NCBI GenBank assembly: GCA_964187785.1
Contig: OZ076410.1
Coordinates: forward strand, 61,690,001-61,754,000
DNA from: Amphiscolops sp. MND2022
Lineage: Eukaryota
Direction of reading: 5' to 3'
DNA length: 64,000 nt
Part shown: positions 25,980-38,417 of the stretch, piece after piece
Layout: each line of letters starts with the position of its first letter
How positions within the stretch are numbered: position 1 is the stretch's first letter
Translations under genes and position numbers: made by a program
Notes under the pieces: model-generated
Told to the model about the DNA's origin: nothing
The model's input: only the letters and a program-made list of their open reading frames with translations
Databases searched by the model: none

Positions 25980-27950
25980 GGAATCAATGTCTGTCTAAAG
26001 CGAAATGGCAGTTGAGACCTCTGGCACCGCTAGGCTGCATAGAAACATCTCGCCGGTAGATCATGCAATGTAACAATGTAGCTGAAGGAGTGCTGGATCC
26101 ACTGACAAAGATACTGAGCGGCGAGTGGTACCCACAATATATTTGCGCAGCTGATGTCGACTGCTGTACTTCCTGGGTTGCCGTCCTCTTGTCGCAGACT
26201 TCGCCAAACCTGTCTCCATGGGGGACACAAGCTCTTGAATCCCTACAAGAAACTGCAAAAGCCATTAAACTGCTGATGCATGACCTGCAGCATACAAAGG
26301 GTTAACAAACAACCAACCAAACAAACAGAAAAACTCGAAAGTTAGAATTAACAGCACATAGAAGGTAGCAGCTAAAAATAATAAGTAACTGTGAAGGGTC
26401 CAAGAAACTGCTCGGCTCTTGAAGTTCACGTAAGATGGCAGCTTCTTAAGGAGCACAATCTCAAGGGACGTCGCCCGTATCAATTTCGTCACTCACTACA
26501 AATACACAAAGCTAAAATACAACAACCACCTTAACACTCTCGTCCAGAAAACGACATCTATTACTTTTGAATTGAAACTGGCGGGGTTGGCGAGCAGGAG
26601 TAGACCGAAGTGGTCGACGTCGCATCCCTCTCGGAGCTCCCTCCAAAGGCACCTCAGCACTGGCGGCGGCTACTAAACAACAATCGCCATATCATAAAGG
26701 CGCGACAATAATAACTCCGAAAATTGATACCCGATAAGAGAGCCTAAAATTTCCGAATATTTAAAAGCAATCGTCCCGTTTTCCTGGGGACGTTAACAGG
26801 ATTGATGTAAATGGCGACGTCACAGTTTGCACACCAGCCGCAGTAATTGGCGCACTCGTGACGGACACTTGAAGTCTGTTCTACTGGAGGGACAGTCTTC
26901 CTCATCTTCGCTACAAACAGGAACGACATCAACACCACCACCCGGTGGATGCAAAGCAAAGGACGATGAAGCAGCGGGAGAAGTAGCTGCGGGATAAAAA
27001 ACAGGAATTTGAGTACTTCAGGAGGTTGAATGTCAATGACGGTAAAACTCACCAGGGACTTTGCCAAGCGAAGAAGCACGTTCTGGACCAGGCACTGTAA
27101 TCATTCCCAGCGAATTTCCAGAATGTCTAAGACTAAGCTGTGCAGATACTAATGCAGAAGATGCCTTTCTGTAGAAAGGTACAATTCACAAAAACTAAAT
27201 GGATCGGGAAATGGCAAACGTACCAACTACCGGCCGCTTGTCGACATCAGCATCACTGTGAACACAAACGTCTCGTTACTTCTCTGTGCGCCTGATGACC
27301 AGTATGGGGAGTAAAAGTCATTTCGACAACTGTCTGAAAATAAAAAGACACTGCTTAAACAGCCCAACGCTGACCCGACGTCATTATGACGTCAACAGTG
27401 ACTTGAAAACGAAAAAAAACGTCAATAAAAATTGACGTCAGCAAAACGCTCACAAAAAATTGACGTCGGCAAAACGTTGACAATTATGATTAAACGGATT
27501 ACATTATTCCTCCAGCCTATAAGATCGGCGGAGGATGAGTATCTTAACTCCAATCAGAAAGCGCCACTGCAACTCAAGACGACTTAGAGATCATCGCTGA
27601 CAGCCCGGAGAGCCCATTTCGCACCCAGAAACTTTTGTCGTGGAAGGATACTCCGCCCCGAGCAAGACATCAATCACTAGCAGGGAGGTGATCAACTACA
27701 TGGAGAAGGCAGCACTCGAAGATTCTGAGTCGTTCTTTGTCACCCCGCCTGGGCCCGCGTTAGTACCGCGATTGAGAGAAGAGGCAGCGGAAGCGAATGT
27801 ATAGGAGCTGCAGTACCCTTTCCATCAACTTCGTCACCCAGGGAAAGCTTTCCGCCTCATGACAGTGGCTCCGTCACAGTCCGCTCCCAGTCTGGGTTGT
27901 GGATGCACGAGAGTAGGTTTCGGCAGGTGTCACGGCTGTGCATCGAAGCT
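25980..27950. mobile_element. 3' accessory region and LTR-like promoter of a third Gypsy-related element
   Basis: Minus-strand SSRHQLRK motif (26142-26165) is shared with element 2 (58409-58432); TGACGTCA cluster at 27387-27468. Confidence 0.55.
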
Positions 27951-28890
27951 ACCAAGATGCTATTTTAAATCTTAAACCCAAACAATCAACAAATTAACTG
28001 TGACTTAGTAAGAATTGCACACCTATTTTTAGAGAATCTAGAGTGAAAATGACCACCTAAATGAACAATTCAAAATGATTTCACTCAATTTCGCCTATAC
28101 GTTTAAGCTACGCCGGCAATATATCCATTCTCCACCTGAAATATTAATTTAAAAACACATCTGTAGAAAGATCATAGCCAAATCTAAAACGAATACAACA
28201 TCAAAGATTAGACAATAAAGCAAAACGCTTTTCTGAGAAAGGCAGCTTAATTGCACTTTGAAAGACAATCAATGCAGAATAGGACGGTGCTACGTCACTA
28301 AAAAAACATAAATGTAGTCGACAGCGAAAAATTACTTTGTGACATCACGGTCTCGACTTGGCCTAATAGGAAAATTTGAATATTACGATGCCTTTACGTT
28401 ACAGCCTTGGCAGCTACCTAGACTTCATTCCAAATCTACGTCACGCCTAAATCACCGCTATAGCAGCTAGTTGAAAATCAGTTCAAATTCAAGTCCGCTT
28501 TACGTCCACCACTATGGAGAACTAGGCCGAAATTTAGGCAACAAATTTACCTCCCAAATTTATGAAATAAGCGTTTTGACTAGAATTGAAGTACATATCG
28601 AACGCATTTGAAGCTGCTAAAGGAAAAATCGAATGTTGTCGTAGTATTTGTTAGAAGCGAAGAAAGTCGACGAAGAATATAACGATTCGGCACAGAAACA
28701 TAATTTGATTTGAAAACTTGGTACACTCTCAACTTTATATCGTGGGATTTGACATTTGATCTTTCAGTTGCGTTAATATTGTTTTGTTTTGTTCTTTGTA
28801 TAATGAATTTACTATTCAGGTATTTCAATTTGGAAATTGATTTTATACTCTTAATGCAATAATTGCTGTATATTTTAGGAATTGAAGTTG

Positions 28891-31800
28891 AAGGACCTGC
28901 TATCATAACAAAGAATCACTGGAAAAGAAAAGCCTAAATTTACGTCAAGCTCACATCAACAATTAGAGGATTGCAGAAGGGTTGTACTGTTTCATTCACA
29001 ATGAGTTAACTAAGAAGGGAACTAGTTAAAACAGAATTTTGAAAAATTTTGGTAGTAGGTCATCTGCAAAACTAAGGTGTTCTGGTAGTTTGTCTACTAA
29101 GTACAATTTGACTGAACGTCAACGCTGCATCAATTATCAATTGAAATGAAGTCATATTTTTACGTCACACTTACGTCGACTAAGGCAATTACCATGTAAA
29201 CTAAAGTTTTCGCGTTGTTTTCCTTGTAGTGTTCCGCCTACTACAGGGTGAGCTCTGTGGTCTGACAAAAAAACGACAAAACAAACTAGCTCTTGTGAGA
29301 GTCGGGCAAACTTCGCAAGAGAAAAGGACAACTAAAACATGCGACGACCATCAAAAACATGAAACGTCAGTATAAAGACTTTTTTGTCTATGAATTGAGC
29401 ATTTTGCGTCTGTAAAAAACATGATCAATTTTGTCTTCTTGTGAGAATGCTAGAAAAGCAATTATTATGTATTCGAGCGCTGTGGGTATCCAAAATTACC
29501 AAAAAGATCAAAGATGGTACGCAAAAGAAGTTTTTCAAATGAAAAAGAAGCAAGATTTTGTGGGCTGGAGGAAAAGTTTACCTTGATTTTCCAAAATTGT
29601 TCAAGAAATGTATTTTTTCTTGCTTTTCTGTGGTCAAATTACGAATCTTTGTTTCTATCGTAAAATGACGGCACTTACAAACTCATGTCTATTCTGGATT
29701 CTGTAGTAAAACCAAACAAAATTTTCAGAAGTTGGATAAAACTTGCATTGTGAGTTGTGAAGAAATGAAAAAAGAAAGGTATGAGGGTTTTTGTTGCGTG
29801 TGAATGTTTCTTCGAGGAGAAAACTACTGATTTCTCAAATAAAACGTCTCCTACGTTTTAGTGATTTTTTTGAAACTCTGTACTTGTTTATACTCATGAG
29901 AAAGTTCAACAAATGTACAATCGCAAGAAACTGTTCGAAACGTTCCAGAATTGAGAAAAAGAAAAGTTTTTTGAAAGGAATACTTTTTTTCTGAAAAAAA
30001 AAACAATATCCAATTTCTCTTTCAACTGCATGTTGGATAGCCTCATAGGTGGACGTGGAGATCTCTGGATATTTCAAAAGGATCTGCTATCTTAACAAAG
30101 AATTACTGGAAAAGAAATGCTTAAAGGTACGCCATGCTCACGTCAAAAATGAGGGAATTGCAGAAAGGTTGTACTGTTTCATTCTTAATGAGTTAACTAA
30201 GAAGGGAACTAGTTAAAACAGAATTTCGAAAAATTTTGGTAGTAGGTCATTTGCAAAACTAAGGTGTTCTGGTAGTTTGTCTACTAAGTTCAATTTGACT
30301 GAACGTCAACGCTGCGTCAATTATCAATTGAAATGAAGTCATATTTTTACGTCACACTTACGTCGACTAAGGCAATTACCATGTAAACTAAGGTTTTCGC
30401 GTTGCTTTCCTTGTAGTTTTCCGCCTACTACAGGCGAGCTCTGGGTGGTCTGACGAAAATACAACAAAATAAACTAGCCGGGCAAATGAGAGTCGGGCAA
30501 ATATTGCAAGAAAAACGACAACTAAAACATGCGACGACCATCAAAAACATGGAACGTCAGAGTAAAGACATTTTTGGCTAGGAATTGAGCATTTTGTGTC
30601 TTTAAAAACGTGAACAATTTTATCTTTTTGTGAGAATGCTAGAAAAGCAATTATTATGTATTCGAGCGCTGTGGGTATTCAAAATTACCAAAAAGATCAA
30701 AGATGGTACGCAAAAGAAGTTATTCAAATGAAAAAGAAGCAAGTTTTTTGTGGGCTGGAGGAAGTGTTTACCTTGATTTTCCAAAATTGTTCAAGAAGTG
30801 TATTTTTTCTTGGTTTTCTGTTGTCAAATTACGGATCTTTGTTTCTATCGTAAAATGACGGTACTTACAAATTCATGTCTATTCTGGAATCTGTAGTAAA
30901 ACCAACCAAAATTTTCAGAAGTTGGAAAAAACTTGCATCGTGAGTTGTGAAGAAAAGAAAAAAGAAAGCTATGAGGGTTTTTGTTGCTTGTGAATCTTTC
31001 TTCGAGGAAAAAACTACTGATTTCTCAAATAAAACGTCTCCTACATTTTAGTGATTTTTTTCAAACTCTGTACTTGTTTATACTCATGAGAAAGTTCAAC
31101 AAATGTACAATCGCAAGAAACTGTTCGAAACGTTCCAGAATTGAGAAAAAGAATAGTTTTTTGAAAGGAATACTTTTTTTCTGAAAAAAACAATATCCAA
31201 TTTCTCTTTCAACTGCATGTTGGATAGCCTCAGATGTGGACGTGGAGATCTCTGGATACTTCAAAAGGATTTGCTATCTTAACAAAGAAGTACTGGAAAA
31301 GAAATGCTTAAAGGTACGCCATGCTCACGTCAAAAATGAGGGGATTGCAGAAGCGTTGTACTGTTTCAATCATAATGAGTTAACTAAGAAGGGAACTAGT
31401 TAAAACAGAATTTTGAAAAATTTTGGTAGTAGGTCATCTGCAAAACTAAGGTGTTCTGGTAGTTTGTCTACTAAGTACAACTTGACTGAACGTCAACGCT
31501 GCATCAATTATCAATTGAAATGAAGTCATATTTTTACGTCACACTTACGTCGACTAAGGCAATTACCATGTAAACTAAGGTTTTCGCGTTGCTTTCCTTG
31601 TAGTTTTCCGCCTACTACAGGCGAGCTCTGGGTGGTCTGACGAAAATACAACAAAATAAACTAGCCGGGCAAATGAGAGTCGGGCAAATATTGCAAGAAA
31701 AACGACAACTAAAACATGCGACGACCATCAAAAACATGGAACGTCAGAGTAAAGACATTTTTGGCTATGAATTGAGCATTTTGTGTCTTTAAAAACGTGA

Positions 31801-32455
31801 ACAATTTTATCTTTTTGTGAGAATGCTAGAAAGGCATTTATTGTATCCGAGCGCTATGGGTATCTAAAATCACCAAAAAGATCAAAGAAGGTACGCAAAT
31901 GAAGTTATTCAAATAAAAAAGGGGCAAGATTTTTGCGGGCTGTTGGAGGCGTTTTATTGAAGGAAAAATTTAACCTTGATTTTCCAAAATTGTTGAAGAA
32001 ATGTAGTGTTTCTTGGTTTTCTGTGGTCAAATTACGAACCTTGTTTTTATCGTAAAATGACGGCACTTACAAACTCATGTCTGTTCTGAACTCCATCAAA
32101 ACCATCCAAAATATCCAGAAGTTGGCCTAAACTTGCATCGCGGGTTGTGAAGAAATGAAAAAAGAAGGCTATGAGGGTTTTTGTTGCGTGTGAAGGTTTC
32201 TTCGAGGAAAAAACTACTGATTTTTCTAAGAAAACGTTTCCTACTTTTTAGTGATTTTTTTGAAACTCTGTACTTGTTGATACTCATGAAAAAGTTCAAC
32301 AAATGTACAATCGCAAGAAACTGTTCGAAACGTTCCAGAATTGAGAAAAAAATAGTTTTTGAAAGGCATACTTATTTTTTCTGAAAAAAATCCAATTTCT
32401 CTTTCAATTGCATGTTGGATATCCTCCTGTGTGGACGTGGAGATCTCTGGATTTT
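28891..32455. repeat. Tandem array of three ~1187-bp units
   Basis: aagga(c/t)(c/t)tgctatc(a/t)taacaaagaa recurs at 28891, 30078 and 31265 (period 1187). The paralogous ORFs at 29791/30981/32181 confirm it. Confidence 0.95.
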
Positions 32456-33109
32456 CTATCACTTGCTAACATAAAAGAAAACTATCCGAAGAATGCGACC
32501 TAATGGTCAACGATATATGTCTATCATGGTGTCGATTCAAGGCACTAAATTACTCGTCATAAAAGCTTACGATACGAATTTTCTTCGTTTGTGAAATAAG
32601 TGGTTGCTTGAATCTCCCAAAACCTTCAAAACAATACAGCAATTGTCCAAATTAGTTTAAAAATGAACGTTCTGGGGTTTTGGGGTAATTTTGAGTCATT
32701 TTTAACAAAACATATCGAATTCCTCTCCGTAACAGTGTACAGGGTTGCTACTTGATTCGTTGTTGAAGCATATGGCTGTTTTGATGTATCGGAACGTTCA
32801 AAAACTGTTTAAAAGTTGCCCTAAAAGGTCAAAAAATTTTTTTTGGCTTTTGGCTGAGAAACATTCGAACCCACGAAATTTCGGAAAACTGGACAGAAAT
32901 TGCATCAAAAGGTTTTGAAAATGGAAGATTTGCGGTCATTTTGGTCGTAACCGCAAATGTCTAAAGATCTCTACTAATACACCTCACGCCAGAATGAATT
33001 TTATGTCTCTTGATTTTAATGTGAAACCCTTTCGATTTGTGTGTGACATCGAAACATATGGAAAAAGCTCATATAGTAACCTATTTTCGATTACCGAAAT
33101 GTTAGCGGA

Positions 33110-34100
33110 ATATTGAACAAGCCGGAACGGCATAAGTCGGCGTCATATCTAAGGCTAAACAAGACGGGATCGTCTCAAGTCGGTGCCATATCTAAGGCTC
33201 AAAAATATTCAAAGAACAACTATTGGAAACATTTGGAAAAATTATTTTTTTCAAAAAAAAAATTTTTGAAAAATTTTTTTTTCGAAAAAAAGTATTTTTT
33301 TAGAAAGTCGCACAATGCCGAAAAACTCAAAAAGAGGCCATTCAGGCTCATTAAACGTTTTTACAAACCGAAAACTTCAAAAAAATGCAAGGGGTTACCC
33401 TTTGATAGAATCCGAAAATTTTCGAAAAAAAAAGTCGCATAGTGCCGAAAAAAACCCAAAGGGGGGACCCTTTGGTCTCACCTGCTGTACTTTTGGAAGC
33501 ATAAAAATATTATGGTTTAGTGCGAGAATCGAACCCCCACTCTCCGGCTTCAGAAATTTAGTCGAAGATGAACAACAGAACAGATGAACAAATTGTAAAA
33601 AGTGGACCATTCAGAGTGAGATTGTAGGCTGAAAAAGAAAAAAAACTACCCACTGTAATAGTCGGGCTTTTTTCCTTAAGGGAAAAGGCGCCGACTAAAA
33701 ATAGCAAAAGGACATGGAAGTGCCTTAAAATTTGAAGTATCAAACACAAAAAAGAGTATCAAACTCACGAAAAACCGAAAAACCCAAAAGACCGAACTGG
33801 TGGGCACCTGGTGCGTTAAAAGGGGGACCCTTTTGCATTTTTTAACATCCATCGTTGCAAAACATCAAAAAATTGAAGGGACCTTTTGGTGAAAAAAAGT
33901 CTCACAATGCCAAAAAACTGGCATCCTTTAGTCTCTCCCGGTATTGTATGTTACGCGGAAAAAGAGGTTTTGGTTCAGTTCGCTAGGCCAAATGATGCAA
34001 ATTGGGACCATAAAATTGCGTAGAACTTTTAAGAACTATTTTGGTCAGTTCGTGTGGATTGAAAAAAAGTTACTAAAATAGTCGCGTTTCACTTCATAAA
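33110..34100. repeat. AT-rich dispersed repeat family (same as 4900-6030 and 51410-51700)
   Basis: gtcgg(c/t)g(t/c)catatctaaggct twice, gtcgcatagtgccgaaaa, aaaggggggacccttt. Confidence 0.65.
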
Positions 34101-35309
34101 ACGCTGACTACAAATCGGTCGATGCAAAGTGCTGGTCTTGTTTTTTTTCGAAATAGAAATAATTTTTTGTTTTACCAAAACTAACCTCATCCAATGCGAT
34201 CCTGAAGTTTCTCCATTCGTTTTCATGGAGACATCAATCACAATGACGTTGAGCAAAACTCCCACAACATTCACTAGCGCTGAAGCGAAGTTGAAAAGTT
34301 GTGCAACACCCGCATTAGGCCCACTGATTAGAAAAGTTTAGCACTCTTCAAAAATCCTAGCTGAGGACTTGATTAAGTCCTAACTAAGTTGAACTTGCAA
34401 TGGGAGTTATTATTTTTATGAAACGACCAAACTAAATATTTTCAGTAGAGAACAAGAATTTAATGCGAAATTCTGAAAAGTCTCAGGCCTTTTTGATTTT
34501 TTCACGAGGTTTTTCAACGTTTTAGGCATTAAAAATAAATGAAACCCAATAGGCGTTGACGAAAAATCTTATGGTATCTCTTATGTTTTATTTATTTGTT
34601 TTTCAAAAGCAGTCAACAGTACTTCTCCTTTTATTCATACCATGGGAAGAGTTGGGGCGAATACTTTTGAGAGTGCTGGAAAACTTTCTACCCAGTGCTG
34701 TGAGTTTGTACGATAGAATTTCCCACTGTCGAGGGAGCATTCAATGTTGCAGAAAGTATAGATGTGCGATTTCTAGCAGACATTCTTGATCGAAATGAGT
34801 GTTCAGATTTATGATCTGTAAAAAAAACAATTAAATGCTTACTTTAGGGCAACGGATACGAAAAATATCAATCACAGTCTTACGTGGTATAGAAAAAAAA
34901 AGTTTAGAAATGAACCCTCTGGGCTGAGCTGAGGTTTAGTTGATACAATTGAAAAACTGAACTAACTCATGATTATTGCCTCATTATAAGGGAAGAGCAA
35001 CAAACATCAATATGGTCTGACAATATGGTCAACAAACTGACTGATCGTTTTTACTGAAACTTGCCTCTCTTTTTATTTGAAGAGAAAAAACTTGCCTTGT
35101 CACCAATGATTGACGCAACTGCAGGGCGTCGATGTACCTTCCAGTTTTAACGTGGATTGAAACCATCAAGTAAATCAAAAATGCTGACCTAATTCAATAA
35201 GGCGCCAATATTGTTTAGGACGATCCGAGAGAACAAAATCTAATCCGCAAAACTATCAGATCAACGAAAATTTGAAAGAAAATACGTTTTTGTTATTATT
35301 ATATAGCAG

Positions 35310-35382
35310 GGGCGCTTTGGCCGAATGGTTAAAGCAATGGCTTTCTAATCTAAAATCTTTGAGTTCGAGTCTTTCAGACCGT
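35310..35382 (+). mobile_element. Degenerate tRNA-Arg(TCT)-like head (SINE head or pseudo-tRNA)
   Basis: A box TGGCCGAATGG, TTCTAA anticodon-like loop, B box GAGTTCGAGTC. Acceptor and T stems do not pair, so it is not a functional tRNA. Confidence 0.6.
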
Positions 35383-35792
35383 AAATTTTTGGAAATTTGC
35401 ATTTGTTCGCAAAATCACATTGGAAAAATATATTTTGATATTCAAACTTTGCTATCTCGCAACTATAATTTGTTGTCTATATTTCTAAACAACGTTTGTC
35501 ATTTTGATAATTTCATCAAATCGTTTGAACGACAAAATTGTTATTGAGGCCGATAATACATTGAGAAATAGGTGAAGATCCTGGTCCGGACACCATAAAA
35601 GAAATATAACTTTGGCGAAAATTACATCTTGTTTCTTCTATTTGAAAAGTAAGAAAAAGGCAACAGAAAAACGAGTAAGTCGTTGTGAAAATCCTCAAAA
35701 AATTGCTTGGCTAATTGATTTGCTTTTTGACCTGAAAAAAATCAATTGTTTTTGTAATAGCAGCAAGTTCCCTACATCATGCTTCAAAAACT

Positions 35793-36260
35793 TTGACCCC
35801 TGAAGAAAGAAACCATTATAAAGAAAAAATCTATTCAATCCCGGGCCTAAGTTTAAATCCACACACAAAATATTCGCAAAAAATTGTCCAGAATTTGTTT
35901 TCTAAAGATCTGAAAGACAAACATAACGTCGTAATCTGGCATGATGTAATAAATAACAGCATTTCACGTCATGATAGTAACAATATCAATGTTTTATCCG
36001 CGCCGGATTTGATTGATGTTTTGGCAAGCCTTCAGGACAACCTCAGTTTTCTTGTTCACTGCCACCGTTTCCGAACGCCGTATATTTTCGATGCTTTGAA
36101 TGTTTTAGAAACCAATAATAACATCGAAGCATTCAATGTTGTAAAAAAAATTTTTTTTCTTCAGAAAAGCAGAAAAATCCTGAGTTACTGAAAAAATTCA
36201 AAGCATTACACCAGAGTCCTGAGCTTGAACTGAAGATCCTTGACCTTCTTCATTTACGTA
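35793..36260 (+). pseudogene. Element-borne ORF relic, possibly SGNH/GDSL-esterase-like
   Basis: 132-aa ORF with alternating beta/alpha pattern (IYSIPGLSLN, VVIWHDVINNS, LSFLVHCHR), frameshifted at an A/T run near 36150. The fold assignment is inference only. Confidence 0.35.
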
Positions 36261-36847
36261 AAGAAAACGGAAGATCATCTATAAAAAATAAAAGCCGGCC
36301 ATAAAGGCCCAGCAAGCGTGCTCGAAACGCTACCAAAAAGGCTTCTTTAGTCGCCTCGTCTCAGTGAATCCCTTTTCCCCTTCTTCGGTGCCCCTGTGGA
36401 GATGGTGTCCAAACTTTGTTGTTTGGTTGAATTCTTTACATGCAATTCGGAGTCCATACTTTCAGAATAGTGTCCAGACTGAATACTCAGGTTGAAACTC
36501 TGGCAGTATTGTCCTCGTGAGCCCCCTTTCTTCTGAAACCGCGTCTTCAACGCATTTTGAGTTCTTTGTCCGTCGTCCCCGTAGTCTCACACTACTTTTA
36601 ACTCTAAACAAAAACAATAATCACGCTTCAAGCAGAAGCACAGTTATCGGACCGTAACGTAACGTTACGACAAATCAATGTTCTAATCGTTGTCAAACAC
36701 TCTTTCTGGACTGTGTCCAAACTTTATTGTTTGGTTGACGTCCAGTAGAGACAGACTTGGCCTAAATGTCGCGAAATCAACGGAACAGTACCAAATCCGA
36801 ACCCCACAACCCTCTCGTCATTAGACCTATATACCTAACTGTTCTCA

Positions 36848-38417
36848 ATGGCTGATCCTGTTCAAGAGAAGATTCAGAAACTGCTGGACGGCCGTCTAAA
36901 GGCTGAAACAGAATTGAAAAAAAATTCAAAGCGAGATCATTGATGCCGTGAACAACTCCGAACGTCGTGTCCGCGGAGAACGATTGGTAACATACTGTGA
37001 TGAATTAATGAACAAAGCATTCTCGGAGAACGAGCTCCTTTTGGAACTTGCGAAAAAGACCAATGACCCTGCATCAACATCTGCAGACCTGGAGAAGTGG
37101 TTACATGAGACAACTGTGAATAATGACGAAACTCTGAAAAATGCTAGCGATTACATCGACAAACATCTTCAAACGGAAAAACTATCACAGAACTCACGGA
37201 AAATCACCACTGTCAGGGCTAAATCCAACAAAGCTTACAGCTCTAAGTTGTCAAAGACGTCGAGTCAACGTCCATGAACATTGCCCAACAACGTCACAAG
37301 GAAGTTGAAAAACAGAATGGAGCATCTCTACGTTTAGCAAAACAGAAACAAGAGCTGGATTTTGAAAGACAAGAACTAGAGGTAGAAAAAATGAGAGAAG
37401 AACAAGAACGAATCCGAAAACAACAGGAACGACTTCGCAAGGAACAAGAAATGAGGGTACTGGAACGCAAAAAAGAAAACCAAAAACAACTCGCTGAAGC
37501 TACTTTGGCCAAATCGGACCTCCGCGAGGACCTGTCAGACCTCAACATTGACTTTCACGACAATTTGTCGCGATGAAGTGCCACAAGTCACAGGGCCGAG
37601 ACAGAGCGAGTCCACGAGTGGATTATCAATTCATCAAAAGTAGCCGAAAATAACATTCAGTATACCTGCACACCCATTAACGTCAGCTCTAATTGGAACA
37701 TTAAATACCCACACTACAGTTCCTCCTCCGCAAACTGTAGAGAACCAAGCAATCACGGAAGCAGTCATGACAACAACCGAAGTCACAGCTGGCCTGATAC
37801 TAACTGCTAGTGTCCCACGGACGCCTACAAGTACTCTACCTATACCAACTGCCCTTCAAGTCGCAACTCCAACTAATTCTCCGACCGGAGTTCCTGCGGT
37901 ATCGGTACCTTCGCTCACCGTACCCATGACGATTTCAAGTACATCAATCCGAATCATTTAAACTCCGAACCAGGCGGCCTCCCAGCAACCGTCCGTACTA
38001 TTCAATCGAACAGCGTCAGTGCCGGTCATCCACAATCTTCTATTTCCAACAGTGACCACCAGTGCTCCCACTCAACTGAGAACGCCTTTACAAACGAGCA
38101 CCACAGCGACTACATCAGTTGGAAGCACCTCAATAACCACGATGCCCGTAATGCCTATAACTCAGGGAGGGACATATTTTTTGGTACCGCCGTCAGCAGT
38201 TACCGTTCCGACACCAATTCCTACAATTGCTCAGCCGTCGTCATCATTCCCTAGTGCATCTGCAGTACCATTTGTACCATCAAGATCGAGTGCGGTACTG
38301 CTACCAATCCCACACACTTTAGTCTCCAAGATGTTTCGCAGCTACCAGCTTCGACAAAGAAAGACCACTTACCAGAGTGTACATTGTCCCAATACAATGG
38401 AGACCCGATTCAGTGGG
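36848..38417 (+). mobile_element. BEL/Pao LTR retrotransposon gag 5' fragment
   Basis: MADPVQEKIQ..., a long charged coiled coil (37274-37576), a Ser/Thr/Pro-rich linker, then DHLPECTLSQYNGDPIQW (start of the Pao gag DUF1759-type domain), where it is cut off. Confidence 0.75.

Noticed and set aside
28580-28906. 108-aa minus ORF as a Polinton-type ATPase (IAGPS start)
   Set aside because: No GKS/T Walker A or Walker B; it is AT-rich and overlaps the tandem-array edge.
28891-32455. CRISPR array or other prokaryotic system
   Set aside because: The units are 1187 bp with no repeat-spacer structure, and the window is eukaryotic with spliceosomal introns.
35310-35382. Functional tRNA-Arg gene
   Set aside because: The acceptor and T-arm stems cannot pair; kept only as a SINE-like head.
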